A stretch of DNA of 64,000 nucleotides from a virus (Duplodnaviria > Heunggongvirae > Uroviricota > Caudoviricetes), in the IMG/VR virus record IMGVR_UViG_3300031134_000466; one strand, 5' to 3'. Shown piece after piece: positions 8,999 through 17,597 of the stretch. The notes under the pieces were generated by a model, which saw nothing but the letters and a program-made list of their open reading frames with translations, did not search any database and had not been told where the DNA came from. The position numbers and the translations under genes were made by a program. How positions within the stretch are numbered: the stretch's first letter is position 1; every line of letters begins with the position of its first letter.

Positions 8999-9095
8999 AA
9001 CGGGTAAACCTTTCTAAAACTAATTGTTGTTACGTAAGTATTCGGTTCAAAACTGCAATAACTAAACCTTAGTCATCACAAAAGGGAAAGTCAAG

Positions 9096-9491
9096 TCAGT
9101 CCAGCAAAGACTCAATCTTTACTACCAACGGAGTCTTAGCAAGCCAGGTGTGAGCTGTCATGTCGATACATTTAGTTGCTTCTTCAATAAAATCTCGACG
9201 CTCCTGCTCAGAAGGCTTCAAATAATCATTCATGAACAGCATGATGTTAGTAGCATACCAGTCGATAATAGCAACCTGGTAATTTTCTGCTTCATTGAAG
9301 ATGAAACCCAGCACATTCACAAGGTAATCACGGTCCATTGATTCAAGCTTGAACACATCCCCTGTAATGTTCACCCAAAACTCATCCTGCATGAACACGC
9401 GTAAGTCAATACTACCATCAGTATGCTTTTCTTTAGGTTCAGGGAACTCTGGAAGCAAACCAGCTTCCACTAACCAAGTGTCATTCTGCAC
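9096..9491 (-). CDS. hypothetical protein
   Basis: The ORF is open to 9545. GTG 9491 has AAGGAGG 12 nt upstream and overlaps the upstream stop codon. ATG 9392 is an alternative start. The start is uncertain. Confidence 0.45.
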   Translation of the reverse strand: MQNDTWLVEAGLLPEFPEPKEKHTDGSIDLRVFMQDEFWVNITGDVFKLESMDRDYLVNVLGFIFNEAENYQVAIIDWYATNIMLFMNDYLKPSEQERRDFIEEATKCIDMTAHTWLAKTPLVVKIESLLD

Positions 9492-9993
9492 CTTCAAGGG
9501 CTGCCTCCTTCTCCTTGAATGCAATCCACTTCGGGCTAACCTCATCCACGTAGGTGTTCACGTGGTCAAGAAGCTCGGCAAGGGTTGCGTACTGAATCTT
9601 ACCGTCAAAGCTCGGGGCGAAAGGCTGACCCTGCCATGTCATGCGACGGTAAACCCAGCCATGCTCACGCTTAGCGAAAGTGATGGTGTTGACACCAGAG
9701 TCGATGTCAAGCGAGCGGGCTTCAACCTGCTTCAGGTACCAACCAGTAAGCTGGGTCTTACGGTAACGGATGTACTGGGCGACAAGCTTAGCGTCTTCCT
9801 CATCAGGAGCAAGGTAGTTCATGTAGTTGCTGTACTCACTGCTGTTATCAGGAACCACCAGAGCAGCGATGAAGAACGTGCCTACATGCATGTCCCTAAC
9901 GACAGGGACACGGTACTGGGCGACCCACGGGTGGTTGATGTCAACCTGGCTCAGGGTGGTCTCAGTGTAACCTTCGGCAATATCTGTACTCAT
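9481..9993 (-). CDS. hypothetical protein (high C-ending codon bias)
   Basis: ATG 9993 has GGAG 11 nt upstream. A TGGTAGAGT -10 lies at 10037-10045. Confidence 0.55.
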   Translation of the reverse strand: MSTDIAEGYTETTLSQVDINHPWVAQYRVPVVRDMHVGTFFIAALVVPDNSSEYSNYMNYLAPDEEDAKLVAQYIRYRKTQLTGWYLKQVEARSLDIDSGVNTITFAKREHGWVYRRMTWQGQPFAPSFDGKIQYATLAELLDHVNTYVDEVSPKWIAFKEKEAALEGAE

Positions 9994-10036
9994 TTGAAGA
10001 ACTCCAATATGATGGGGAACAGGACGTATTAGCTCT

Positions 10037-10045
10037 ACTCTACCA
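10037..10045 (-). promoter_or_regulatory. extended -10 (TGGTAGAGT)
   Basis: Member of the recurring G-n-TAGAnT family, upstream of 9481..9993. Confidence 0.5.
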
Positions 10046-10061
10046 GACGCAGGTTCTAAAA

Positions 10062-10685
10062 TCAACCCTTGTTCTGTTTAGCCCATTCTACACCAGCAAG
10101 GAAAGCATCACGAGGACGCTCGTCCTTCCAGGAATCAGCAATGGCAGCAGCTTCAGGGTCAACATCGTCCTTCGTCTTCACGAAAACATCGCTCACCAGC
10201 ATGAAAGTGATACGAAGTCTATCCTGCATGAACATCACATCTCGGGAAATGTACTCAAGCCCATCTTTGTACTTGACCTGCATAGGACTCTCATTGAGAA
10301 TTCCATCAGAAATAAAGTCGTCAATCTCCCAGCCTTTTGCCTGAAGTCGCTCAGTGATTGTCGATGCGTACTCAGTACGGTAAGCGTAACGCTCTTTCTT
10401 CTTTCGGTCGAAGTACTTGTCGCCGTAGCGATATGCAACGTAAAGACCTGCTGCAATGACTGCAAAACCGATGACGGTGCCAAAGAACTCGTTCACTGTC
10501 TTACCGAACATGGTGAAAAAGGGAACAAGGATGACAAGCGAGCCCAGGATGCCGGCAAGCATGAACAGGTTAGCTCGAAGCTTCTCGTCCCAGTCACTGA
10601 GACCGTAGAATCGCTTCATGTCAGGGTCAAAACTAATCCACTGCTCTTTGTAACGAGGAACAGGCTTGAAAGTCTCTACAGACAT
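10062..10685 (-). CDS. membrane protein (two TM segments)
   Basis: 207 aa. Hydrophobic segments 'LFMLAGILGSLVILVPFF' and 'GTVIGFAVIAAGLYVAY'. Confidence 0.6.
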   Translation of the reverse strand: MSVETFKPVPRYKEQWISFDPDMKRFYGLSDWDEKLRANLFMLAGILGSLVILVPFFTMFGKTVNEFFGTVIGFAVIAAGLYVAYRYGDKYFDRKKKERYAYRTEYASTITERLQAKGWEIDDFISDGILNESPMQVKYKDGLEYISRDVMFMQDRLRITFMLVSDVFVKTKDDVDPEAAAIADSWKDERPRDAFLAGVEWAKQNKG

Positions 10686-10727
10686 TATGAATCTCCCAAA
10701 ATAAGTCTGGCGAATAATATAGTCGTC

Positions 10728-10736
10728 AGTCTACCA
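10728..10736 (-). promoter_or_regulatory. extended -10 (TGGTAGACT)
   Basis: Exact copy of the motif also seen at 12295 and 46211, upstream of 10062..10685. Confidence 0.55.
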
Positions 10737-10758
10737 AGGAAAAGCAGGAAAAGCAACC

Positions 10759-11367
10759 TTAGTCGTCAGATACTTGCTGCCACGCAACTGCAGCATCATT
10801 CCACTCCAGAGCATTGTCGATGTCACCAACCCATTCTCTTACTGATGGCAGCCGGTCACCATTCAAGAAGTTCCGCTTGATTTTCAAGCGTGGGACATAG
10901 AAGCCACCGACTTTTTCTAAGGAACTATGCAAGTTCTCAGTGGGAAGGAACTTGTCAAGGATAGCTGCAAATTCGGGCACAGCTAACCATAGATTGTTCA
11001 CGGAAAGGAACGGAGCAGTGTCAACATGGATAGCACGGTAGAAGTTTACGTCTGAATCGTACATGTAACCGCTTGCTATCCCACCAAAGATTTGCGGTTC
11101 AAATTTGGGGCGGTAAGTGACTTTTCTTGTTTCACTCAACGGAGCATCAATTTTTATCAAGTCAGGAACATATCTTGATGCAGACTTCTCTGTTTTTAGG
11201 TGAAGCAGGTAACCTGTTTGGTCCCAAAAGATTAGACTGTTAGGTACGCTTTTCATCTGTTTCTTGCTCAATAAGTCAAGTTTCGCAAGTTCAGATTTTA
11301 GACTCAACCGACTGATGTCAGGATCGTTCGATAGCTCTTTTGTGTAAGAGTGTGAGGTAATGTTCAT
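10759..11367 (-). CDS. hypothetical protein
   Basis: 202-aa ORF, 2 nt downstream of the preceding gene's stop codon (operon). Confidence 0.6.
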   Translation of the reverse strand: MNITSHSYTKELSNDPDISRLSLKSELAKLDLLSKKQMKSVPNSLIFWDQTGYLLHLKTEKSASRYVPDLIKIDAPLSETRKVTYRPKFEPQIFGGIASGYMYDSDVNFYRAIHVDTAPFLSVNNLWLAVPEFAAILDKFLPTENLHSSLEKVGGFYVPRLKIKRNFLNGDRLPSVREWVGDIDNALEWNDAAVAWQQVSDD

Positions 11368-11369
11368 GA

Positions 11370-12107
11370 TTAGTTATTCACCGTTTCAAAGTAGTATCTA
11401 TTATCGTCATGTTCAACGAAGTGACGTTCAGAAATGTTCTCATTCCCATCTACATACACTTTCAGCTTCCCGCTTCGAACAGTTCCTTCTGTGATAACGG
11501 AAGACTCTCGTCTGGTGGTGCCGTATTCAGTAGAAGCAACATTGTAGTTAGTGAGAATCCATTTTTCGACATCAGTACTGCTGTTGTCAGTGAACCATCC
11601 ACCAGGTAGGAACACTGATACCACAGCCGCGACCGCAAAAATAGATGTCAGAAGAGCTACATGAGCTCCCAGCACATGACCAACAACCTCTTTCCTCTCA
11701 CCCTTAGAGAAGACAACAAAAACCATAGCTAACAAACCAGCAAAAATGACTATGGCCACAACTCGTGCCACCCAGGTGATGATAGACGTTGAACCATCAA
11801 CCCACTCTAAATATTGTGGGTTGGTATAGATCAGATGACCTTTTACCCGAGGTCCGAACAAACCAAGAGAAATAGAGGTGATGTAGAACACAACCCCCAG
11901 GATGGCTAACCAGATCAGTGCTTTTGATTTGGATTTAGAATAAGCAGTTCCAATGTCATTGGCAGTGTCTTTGAAAAATGCTTTACTGTCACCAATCATA
12001 TTTTCTGGACTCAGAGGATCAGTTGAAGTGTTGGAAACAGTTTTAGGCTCAGGCTTTTTCTCTTCAAAATCATTTTTGGAGAAGCCGGTAATAAGATCAT
12101 CAGACAT
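11370..12107 (-). CDS. membrane protein
   Basis: Four hydrophobic segments. The ORF is open to TTG 12155. I preferred ATG 12107 because TGATAGGAT lies 8 nt upstream (leaderless-type). The start is uncertain. Confidence 0.5.
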   Translation of the reverse strand: MSDDLITGFSKNDFEEKKPEPKTVSNTSTDPLSPENMIGDSKAFFKDTANDIGTAYSKSKSKALIWLAILGVVFYITSISLGLFGPRVKGHLIYTNPQYLEWVDGSTSIITWVARVVAIVIFAGLLAMVFVVFSKGERKEVVGHVLGAHVALLTSIFAVAAVVSVFLPGGWFTDNSSTDVEKWILTNYNVASTEYGTTRRESSVITEGTVRSGKLKVYVDGNENISERHFVEHDDNRYYFETVNN

Positions 12108-12294
12108 AGTATGTGATCCTATCATGAGTGCATTAGACGCATGAATAAAAGTCAAATCTTTAGCAAAAGAAAGTGTTTTAGGGGAATCAAAAATACTTTC
12201 TTAGCGTTATACAAAGACCACCAATACCCGATAGTTATTAACCCCATACCGCTCAATTTATCAAGTCTCAAAAACGTGCCTCAAAACAGGACGA

Positions 12295-12303
12295 TGGTAG
12301 ACT
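12295..12303 (+). promoter_or_regulatory. extended -10 (TGGTAGACT) upstream of nrdF
   Basis: 28-nt leader containing an AAGGAA RBS before ATG 12332. Confidence 0.55.
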
Positions 12304-12331
12304 TCCCGTACTGAACTACTAAGAAGGAAAC

Positions 12332-13324
12332 ATGTCAGAAGAAAACAACCTCGAACCTCGTGAGCAGCAGCACCCAGCTTATGAGGCAATCAACTGGAAC
12401 AACGTCGATGAGTTCGACAACGCTGTTTGGCAGAAACTTACCAGTAACTTCTGGTTGCCAGAAAAAGTCTCTGTTTCCAACGACCGTAAAACATGGGAAA
12501 CCTTGTCTGATGCAGAAAAGAAGCTGGTTCTCCATGTCTTTACTGGTCTGACAATGCTTGACACCATTCAGGGTCGTTTCGGTGCTTTGAGTATTATGAA
12601 AGATGCAACTTCGTTGTTCGAAGAAGCTGTGTACACAAACATTGCGTTTATGGAGAATGTTCACGCTAAGAGCTACTCTTCTATCTTCTCTACTCTGTCC
12701 ACCACAAAGGACATTAACCAGTCCTTCAACTGGTCACAGCATAATGAGTTCCTTCGTAAGAAGGAAGAAATCATCATGTCCTACTACCGCGACACCGAGC
12801 ACCCTTTAGCTCCTCAGCGTCGTAAGATTGCTTCAACCCTGCTTGAATCCTTCTTGTTCTACTCAGGTTTCTACCTTCCTCTGTACATGAACTCACAGGC
12901 TAAGCTCACAAACTCAGCTGACATCATCAAGCTGATTATTCGTGACGAAGCAGTTCACGGTTTCTACATTGGTAAAAAGTACCAGGACAGCATTGAAGAA
13001 CTGGATGAGGCTACTAAAGCTGAACTCAAAGACTTCACCTACGAATTGCTTCTCGACTTGTTCGATAACGAAATTCGTTACACTCAGGACTTGTATGATG
13101 AGTTCGGTCTTACCGAAGACGTAATTGCTTTCTTGAAGTACAACGCAAACAAGGCTCTTGCTAACTTGGGCTATGAGCCTTTGTTCCCTGACCCTGAAGT
13201 ATCTGCAGCTATCACTTCGCAGCTCAACGCAGGTTCTGACACGCACGACTTCTTCAGTGGAAGTGGAGCATCCTACGTGATGACCACTCGTGAAGAGTTG
13301 GCTGAAGAGGACTGGGACTTCTAA
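12332..13324 (+). CDS. nrdF: ribonucleotide reductase small (beta) subunit, class Ib-like
   Basis: 330 aa. 'AINWN', di-iron ExxH motifs 'ENVHAKSYS' and 'RDEAVHG', C-terminal acidic tail 'EEDWDF'. Confidence 0.9.
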   Translation: MSEENNLEPREQQHPAYEAINWNNVDEFDNAVWQKLTSNFWLPEKVSVSNDRKTWETLSDAEKKLVLHVFTGLTMLDTIQGRFGALSIMKDATSLFEEAVYTNIAFMENVHAKSYSSIFSTLSTTKDINQSFNWSQHNEFLRKKEEIIMSYYRDTEHPLAPQRRKIASTLLESFLFYSGFYLPLYMNSQAKLTNSADIIKLIIRDEAVHGFYIGKKYQDSIEELDEATKAELKDFTYELLLDLFDNEIRYTQDLYDEFGLTEDVIAFLKYNANKALANLGYEPLFPDPEVSAAITSQLNAGSDTHDFFSGSGASYVMTTREELAEEDWDF

Positions 13325-13347
13325 TCTACACTGACATGTAGCTTCTT

Positions 13348-13391
13348 AGGAGGGCTGACACTGAATACAAATTTTCAGTGTCAGCCCTCCT
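13348..13391 (+). terminator. hairpin terminator after nrdF
   Basis: 17-bp arms aggagggctgacactga / tcagtgtcagccctcct. Confidence 0.8.
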
Positions 13392-13615
13392 TGTGTTAAC
13401 AGACCAGAAACGTATCCCATTAGCCGCAGACGCCCATCTGCTGCCCTAATACCCTTCATTCACTCAAGTGGACGGCTTACACTACCCAACCTCTTAGACG
13501 CCGTTTTAGTAAGAAACTGCTTTATAGGGTTACCGAGTTGCATTCTTCGGACCTTCCTGCTAAGGTAAGGAACATACAGTCCTTATTCGTTCCACCAGGA
13601 AGAAACAAAGCTTTT

Positions 13616-14050
13616 ATGTTTGATGAGATTGGCTCGGCGCCTCAGACCCGGTACAAGCCCCGTGCGGGCGTTGTGCAGTTCCCTGAGAAGACTGCTCTTT
13701 CCAACCGTCAGCGTTCCTACCTGGATATTGCTGTTCGCCTCGCTGAGTCCTCGGATGCAAGCTTCAAGCACGGAGCAGTTATTGTTCGTGGCGGCAGCGT
13801 TCTTGCTGTCGGAGTGAACAAGTGGAAGAATCGTGACCTTCCTCCGACTCCCCCTGATGTGTACAACCCTGACATCACTGTCCACGCTGAGATTGATGCT
13901 CTTTCCCGAGTGAAGGACGCTCGCGGAACCACTGTCTACATTGCCCGAGTCACCCGTAGCGGCGACGAGCGTTTCTCTCGCCCCTGCAACCGTTGCGAGA
14001 AGGCTCTCATCGAGGCTGGAGTCAAGCGGGTCGTCTACACGGTAGGCTAA
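13616..14050 (+). CDS. CMP/dCMP-type zinc deaminase
   Basis: 'HAEIDAL' and 'PCNRCEKAL' zinc motifs. ATG 13616 has AGGAAG upstream. The track TTG at 13538 is possible but less likely. Confidence 0.75.
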   Translation: MFDEIGSAPQTRYKPRAGVVQFPEKTALSNRQRSYLDIAVRLAESSDASFKHGAVIVRGGSVLAVGVNKWKNRDLPPTPPDVYNPDITVHAEIDALSRVKDARGTTVYIARVTRSGDERFSRPCNRCEKALIEAGVKRVVYTVG

Positions 14051-14064
14051 GACAAATAATTCCT

Positions 14065-14104
14065 AAGGCTGAACGTTTTACTGATAAAGTAAACGTTCAG
14101 CCTT
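14065..14104 (+). terminator. hairpin terminator
   Basis: 14-bp arms aaggctgaacgttt / aaacgttcagcctt. Confidence 0.7.
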
Positions 14105-14127
14105 ATCTGTTTAACGAAAGAACCCTG

Positions 14128-14343
14128 ATGACTTGTCCACACTGTGCAATGGTAAACGAATGGCATCAATACAATTGCCCCACTGTACCCAAATTCGAAG
14201 ACATCTATGATGGACACCATTATTGGATTGCCTTCATGGATAGCCCTTATGCTTCATGTGCCTGGTGTGGAAAGATGAAAGGCAAACTTTCGTCAGCCCC
14301 AGATGCCCAATGTCGAGGAATCGTAAGAGTAGGATTACGTTAA
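14128..14343 (+). CDS. small Cys-rich (zinc-ribbon-like) protein
   Basis: 71 aa. 'CPHC..17..C' and 'CAWC'. It lies between two hairpin terminators. Confidence 0.45.
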   Translation: MTCPHCAMVNEWHQYNCPTVPKFEDIYDGHHYWIAFMDSPYASCAWCGKMKGKLSSAPDAQCRGIVRVGLR

Positions 14344-14386
14344 CTGAAAGAAGCCCTGACTTATAACCAGTCAGGGCTTCTTTCAG
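14344..14386. terminator. bidirectional hairpin
   Basis: 17-bp arms ctgaaagaagccctgac / gtcagggcttctttcag. Confidence 0.8.
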
Positions 14387-14394
14387 TTAATCAG

Positions 14395-16512
14395 TTACAG
14401 TTCACGACGACCTGTACGCAGTTCACGAAGCATACGCTCGTAAGCATATCCTGTCATTTCAGCGTCATTGTAAGCACGGTGAGCGCCAAGGTAAGGAACA
14501 TTGTAGCGGGCAGTGAATGAAGAGAGCTTATCGTTCGGAACATCAGTCAGAAGACGACGAGACAGTTTCAAAGTGTCAAGAATTTTGATTTTCTTGTGCT
14601 TCACAGCATCAGCAAAACCAGGAACATGTGTGGACATCCAACGCTGTTCAAAAGTCTTGTTGTGAGCCATCATGATACCAACATTTGTCAGCTGGTCAAG
14701 AACAGCAGTACCTTCAGCAGGGTTCAAGAACTGACGCTTCTTCGCAATCTGAGTTTCAGTAATACCATGCACTTCACTGTTGCCTGTGCTGCGAGTCAGG
14801 AGAGCTTTCTTCGAAAGACCGTAAAGCTTGCTTGTCTTAGCTTTCTCAGTGTCATTACGAGTCAGAGTAGAGTTACGGTAGTTGGTACGAACGGATGCAC
14901 CATACTCGATGATGCTACCTGAAGTAGGCTGAGAACCGGCAGTTTCCAAATCAACACTCACATAGTCAGGAAGCGTTTCCTGCTTAGCTGCCGTGACGTA
15001 GAGGCTACGAAGCTGAGCCGCAACATAGGTTCGGTCTTTGCGATTCTCATCATCGAAGTTGCCAGCAAACTCCTGCTCAACAACCTTAGAATCAACACCA
15101 CGCATTGTTGCAACTTCAGTGAAGATTTCCTGCTTCTCTTTGTTACTCAAGCTGGAGTTCAGAGCGTTCTGAGAGAAACCACGAGCGCGGTTACGTCCTT
15201 CCCAAGTACCAGCCTTACGGGAAGCAAGCTCGGTGTTGAACTTCTTCACAGCTTCAAGGTTGCCAGCAGCTTCCTGCTCAAGCTCAGGAGTCATAGTGAA
15301 ATGGTATTCACGGTATTCACGGTCGTCAATGACAACTGCAACCATACCACGCTTGAAACCAGCAGCCTGAGCATACCAAAGAGTCTGAGCTCGGTAAGTG
15401 TCAGGAACACCATCCAAACCATCTTCAGGGTTACCCCATTTGCCAGCAACAGAAGCAGTCTTGATTTCGACAATACCGTCAGGGTTACCATCCTTGTCAG
15501 CCATCAGACCGTCAAAGTTAGCAAACTGGAACTCGTTCTCGTTGTGCTTCCAAGAAGACTTGCAGAAAGTGATGTTGTCGTCAGGGTTGTTCTGCACAAC
15601 CTGGAGGAAGATTCGCTTCTCCCAAGCGTTACCACGACCAGCCGCGCCAGCATACTCTTCGTTGTTCAGTGCCTGCTCAGCAACCTGCTCATCAGTGATG
15701 GGTTCAAGCTTGGACTGCATGATTTCTTCATAGCTGTTGTAAGCACCCTTGACTCGCTTGATGGCTCCAACATCTGAACCACCAATACCTTTCTGACGCT
15801 GCTCAAGCCATTCACGAGTACCTGACTCGAACTCAGCAGTCTTAGTGAGTTCATTCAGCGTCTCTTTGTCATACTCACGCCATTCGCCAGCTTCACGAAG
15901 ACGGTTCTCTTCAAGGTCGGCAAGGTGAGCCACAACAGGTGCTGCAACGTCTTTGTACTCGTTAATCTGACGGCGGAGGAGACTGACTTCTTCGTTGATG
16001 TCAATCATCGCAAGTTCCTTCTGACGAACATCTTCGTAAAGGAACGCAGGGTCTTCTTCCCACTTCTTCTTCAGAAGGTCACGGTCAGCTTTAGTCTCCT
16101 CAAGAAGCTGCATGTTTGCATCACGCTTCTCAAGCAGGGCAGTAAAGTCTTCAGAGTTGATACGGTCCTGGATGAAGCTTTCCATGGCTTCCTCATCACC
16201 TGATTCAATCAGGCGGGCAGCTTCAGCTTTATCCTCTTCAACGGTCTTCAGAGCTTTCTGGTGACCGTAGGAACTAACAGGAGTGTAGGTACGCTCCATA
16301 GCTTCCTTCAAAATAGACATAGCAAGCAGGCTCTCAACATCGTTTGTGTTGTTCAGCTGCTTCTCAACCAGCTCAGCATTCTTGTGCTGATGATACTGGT
16401 ACTCAGTCATGTGTTCTCCGTTTATCAGTGTGCATTTCTTCTGTGCAGGGCAACGGACCCAATCGCCTTGCCTCTTGCCTGATTGCTGTTTATGGTAGTT
16501 CTTCATGGTCAA
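14395..16512 (-). CDS. exonuclease fusion: YqaJ-like (PD-(D/E)XK) domain + DnaQ-like DEDDh 3'-5' exonuclease
   Basis: 705 aa. 'EWLEQRQKGIGGSDVGAI' (YqaJ). C-terminal 'VSVDLETAG', 'AHNKTFEQRW', 'HRAYNDAEM' (DEDDh). The N-terminal ~230 aa look coiled-coil. Confidence 0.75.
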   Translation of the reverse strand: MTMKNYHKQQSGKRQGDWVRCPAQKKCTLINGEHMTEYQYHQHKNAELVEKQLNNTNDVESLLAMSILKEAMERTYTPVSSYGHQKALKTVEEDKAEAARLIESGDEEAMESFIQDRINSEDFTALLEKRDANMQLLEETKADRDLLKKKWEEDPAFLYEDVRQKELAMIDINEEVSLLRRQINEYKDVAAPVVAHLADLEENRLREAGEWREYDKETLNELTKTAEFESGTREWLEQRQKGIGGSDVGAIKRVKGAYNSYEEIMQSKLEPITDEQVAEQALNNEEYAGAAGRGNAWEKRIFLQVVQNNPDDNITFCKSSWKHNENEFQFANFDGLMADKDGNPDGIVEIKTASVAGKWGNPEDGLDGVPDTYRAQTLWYAQAAGFKRGMVAVVIDDREYREYHFTMTPELEQEAAGNLEAVKKFNTELASRKAGTWEGRNRARGFSQNALNSSLSNKEKQEIFTEVATMRGVDSKVVEQEFAGNFDDENRKDRTYVAAQLRSLYVTAAKQETLPDYVSVDLETAGSQPTSGSIIEYGASVRTNYRNSTLTRNDTEKAKTSKLYGLSKKALLTRSTGNSEVHGITETQIAKKRQFLNPAEGTAVLDQLTNVGIMMAHNKTFEQRWMSTHVPGFADAVKHKKIKILDTLKLSRRLLTDVPNDKLSSFTARYNVPYLGAHRAYNDAEMTGYAYERMLRELRTGRREL

Positions 16513-16555
16513 TCTCTAACCTACCGCATTAACGTTTGAACCGCAAATCGAGCTT

Positions 16556-17479
16556 TTAGTGAAGATGGGAGAAGTTTTTTACAGCATCAACAGAAACACC
16601 GTTGACTAACGGCTCTAACTCTTTAAGGAAAGAGTTCAGTTCACCTTCATCAGTAGCATGGAGTGTTTTTGAAGCGATTGTCAAAGCTCTACGACCAAGA
16701 AGAAGAGCTGCAAACTGATTCAAACCGTAATCACTCACTGATCTGCCCAGAAGAGTCTCATATTCTTGACGAGCAACTGTCCACAGTTCAGGACGACGCA
16801 TCCGGTGAACCAGGTGAAGATACAGATGAGCTAAATCATATTCGCGTGGAGCAGCTCTTGATTCTTCGAAGGAAGTCCAGACAACACTGTAGTCTTCTTT
16901 CATCACTAAGTTCTCTGGTGTGGCACGTCCATGACTGACAACATTGATTTCAGGTGTTGAAGAAATCATGTTGGTAACAGGCTGAATAATTACTTTGAAC
17001 AAATCCCGTAAACGGTTCTGATTCTCAGCAGTCAAATACTTGAACGAAGGAGAACCCAGCTTCTCTCCGTAGCGTAAGTAGTCATCATTGGAGCTTTCAT
17101 TCAACTGAGGATACTTCAAGCTGTTGTGGATGTAGAACAGTTCCCGTGCTGCGTGAGCTGCTTGCATGGGGTTCATGTTAGTCCCAATTGGATACAGACG
17201 TTCCCATTCCCAAGCGGACAGTACAAGAGGTAACCCTCGTGATGACCTATGGTGAACATTGTCGAATAGAGGGTTTGTACCGTAAGTGGTGTTTACTGCG
17301 AAATCAATTTCTGTTTGCAGAGGAGCTGGGTTAGTTTCTGGCCGGAGGAGCTTGACAAATACACGTTCGTTATCACTGAGAATGTGATGAGGGGAACGGT
17401 TCAAAGAGTCTAATCTCACGATACCGTAGGTGATGTAATTCTGGCTAAGAATTCGGCACACTTCGTGAACAAGATTCAT
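16556..17479 (-). CDS. APH/choline-kinase-fold phosphotransferase-like protein, catalytic motifs divergent
   Basis: 307 aa. 'VFVKL', 'VSHGRATPENLV' where HGDxxxxN is expected, and 'WTSFEES..EYDLAHLY' where iDxE..DLA is expected. Confidence 0.5.
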   Translation of the reverse strand: MNLVHEVCRILSQNYITYGIVRLDSLNRSPHHILSDNERVFVKLLRPETNPAPLQTEIDFAVNTTYGTNPLFDNVHHRSSRGLPLVLSAWEWERLYPIGTNMNPMQAAHAARELFYIHNSLKYPQLNESSNDDYLRYGEKLGSPSFKYLTAENQNRLRDLFKVIIQPVTNMISSTPEINVVSHGRATPENLVMKEDYSVVWTSFEESRAAPREYDLAHLYLHLVHRMRRPELWTVARQEYETLLGRSVSDYGLNQFAALLLGRRALTIASKTLHATDEGELNSFLKELEPLVNGVSVDAVKNFSHLH

Positions 17480-17579
17480 GGGGGTTGGCGACTTCTTTCT
17501 TCCAGGTGCAAAGGCGTAACCCTTCTATTATCGGGTAATGAAAGCCTTACTGCAGAAACTGTGGCAAAAAGAGTTGATC

Positions 17580-17588
17580 CGATAGACT
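17580..17588 (+). promoter_or_regulatory. -10 element (CGATAGACT), near-leaderless
   Basis: TAGACT lies 9 nt upstream of ATG 17598. No SD. Confidence 0.5.
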
Positions 17589-17597
17589 ATTTTTACT

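Noticed and set aside
9040-9060. tRNA T-arm-like 'GGTTCAAAA' strings at 9045 and 28412, plus a general search for tRNA, rRNA and CRISPR.
   Set aside because: Flanking sequence cannot be folded into acceptor, D or anticodon arms. I saw no GGTTCGAATCC-type T-loops, no rRNA-like conserved blocks and no regularly spaced direct repeats. A tRNAscan/Infernal run would be needed for a firm negative.
9349-10032. 227-aa plus-strand ORF opposite 9481..9993.
   Set aside because: It has a Cys/Ser/Leu-rich, low-information translation and no promoter or RBS. The minus-strand frame has a coherent codon bias, a GGAG RBS and a TGGTAGAGT promoter.
12156-12331. Possible NrdR box upstream of nrdF, and the shared 'AAAACGTGC' string (12271, 26351, 62245).
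   Set aside because: I found no 16-bp NrdR-type palindrome. The 9-mer sits at inconsistent distances from the -10 boxes and is short enough to recur by chance.
13993-14127. Upstream extension of the small Cys-rich ORF (track start 13993).
   Set aside because: It would overlap the deaminase gene and read through the 14065-14104 terminator hairpin. ATG 14128 follows the hairpin.
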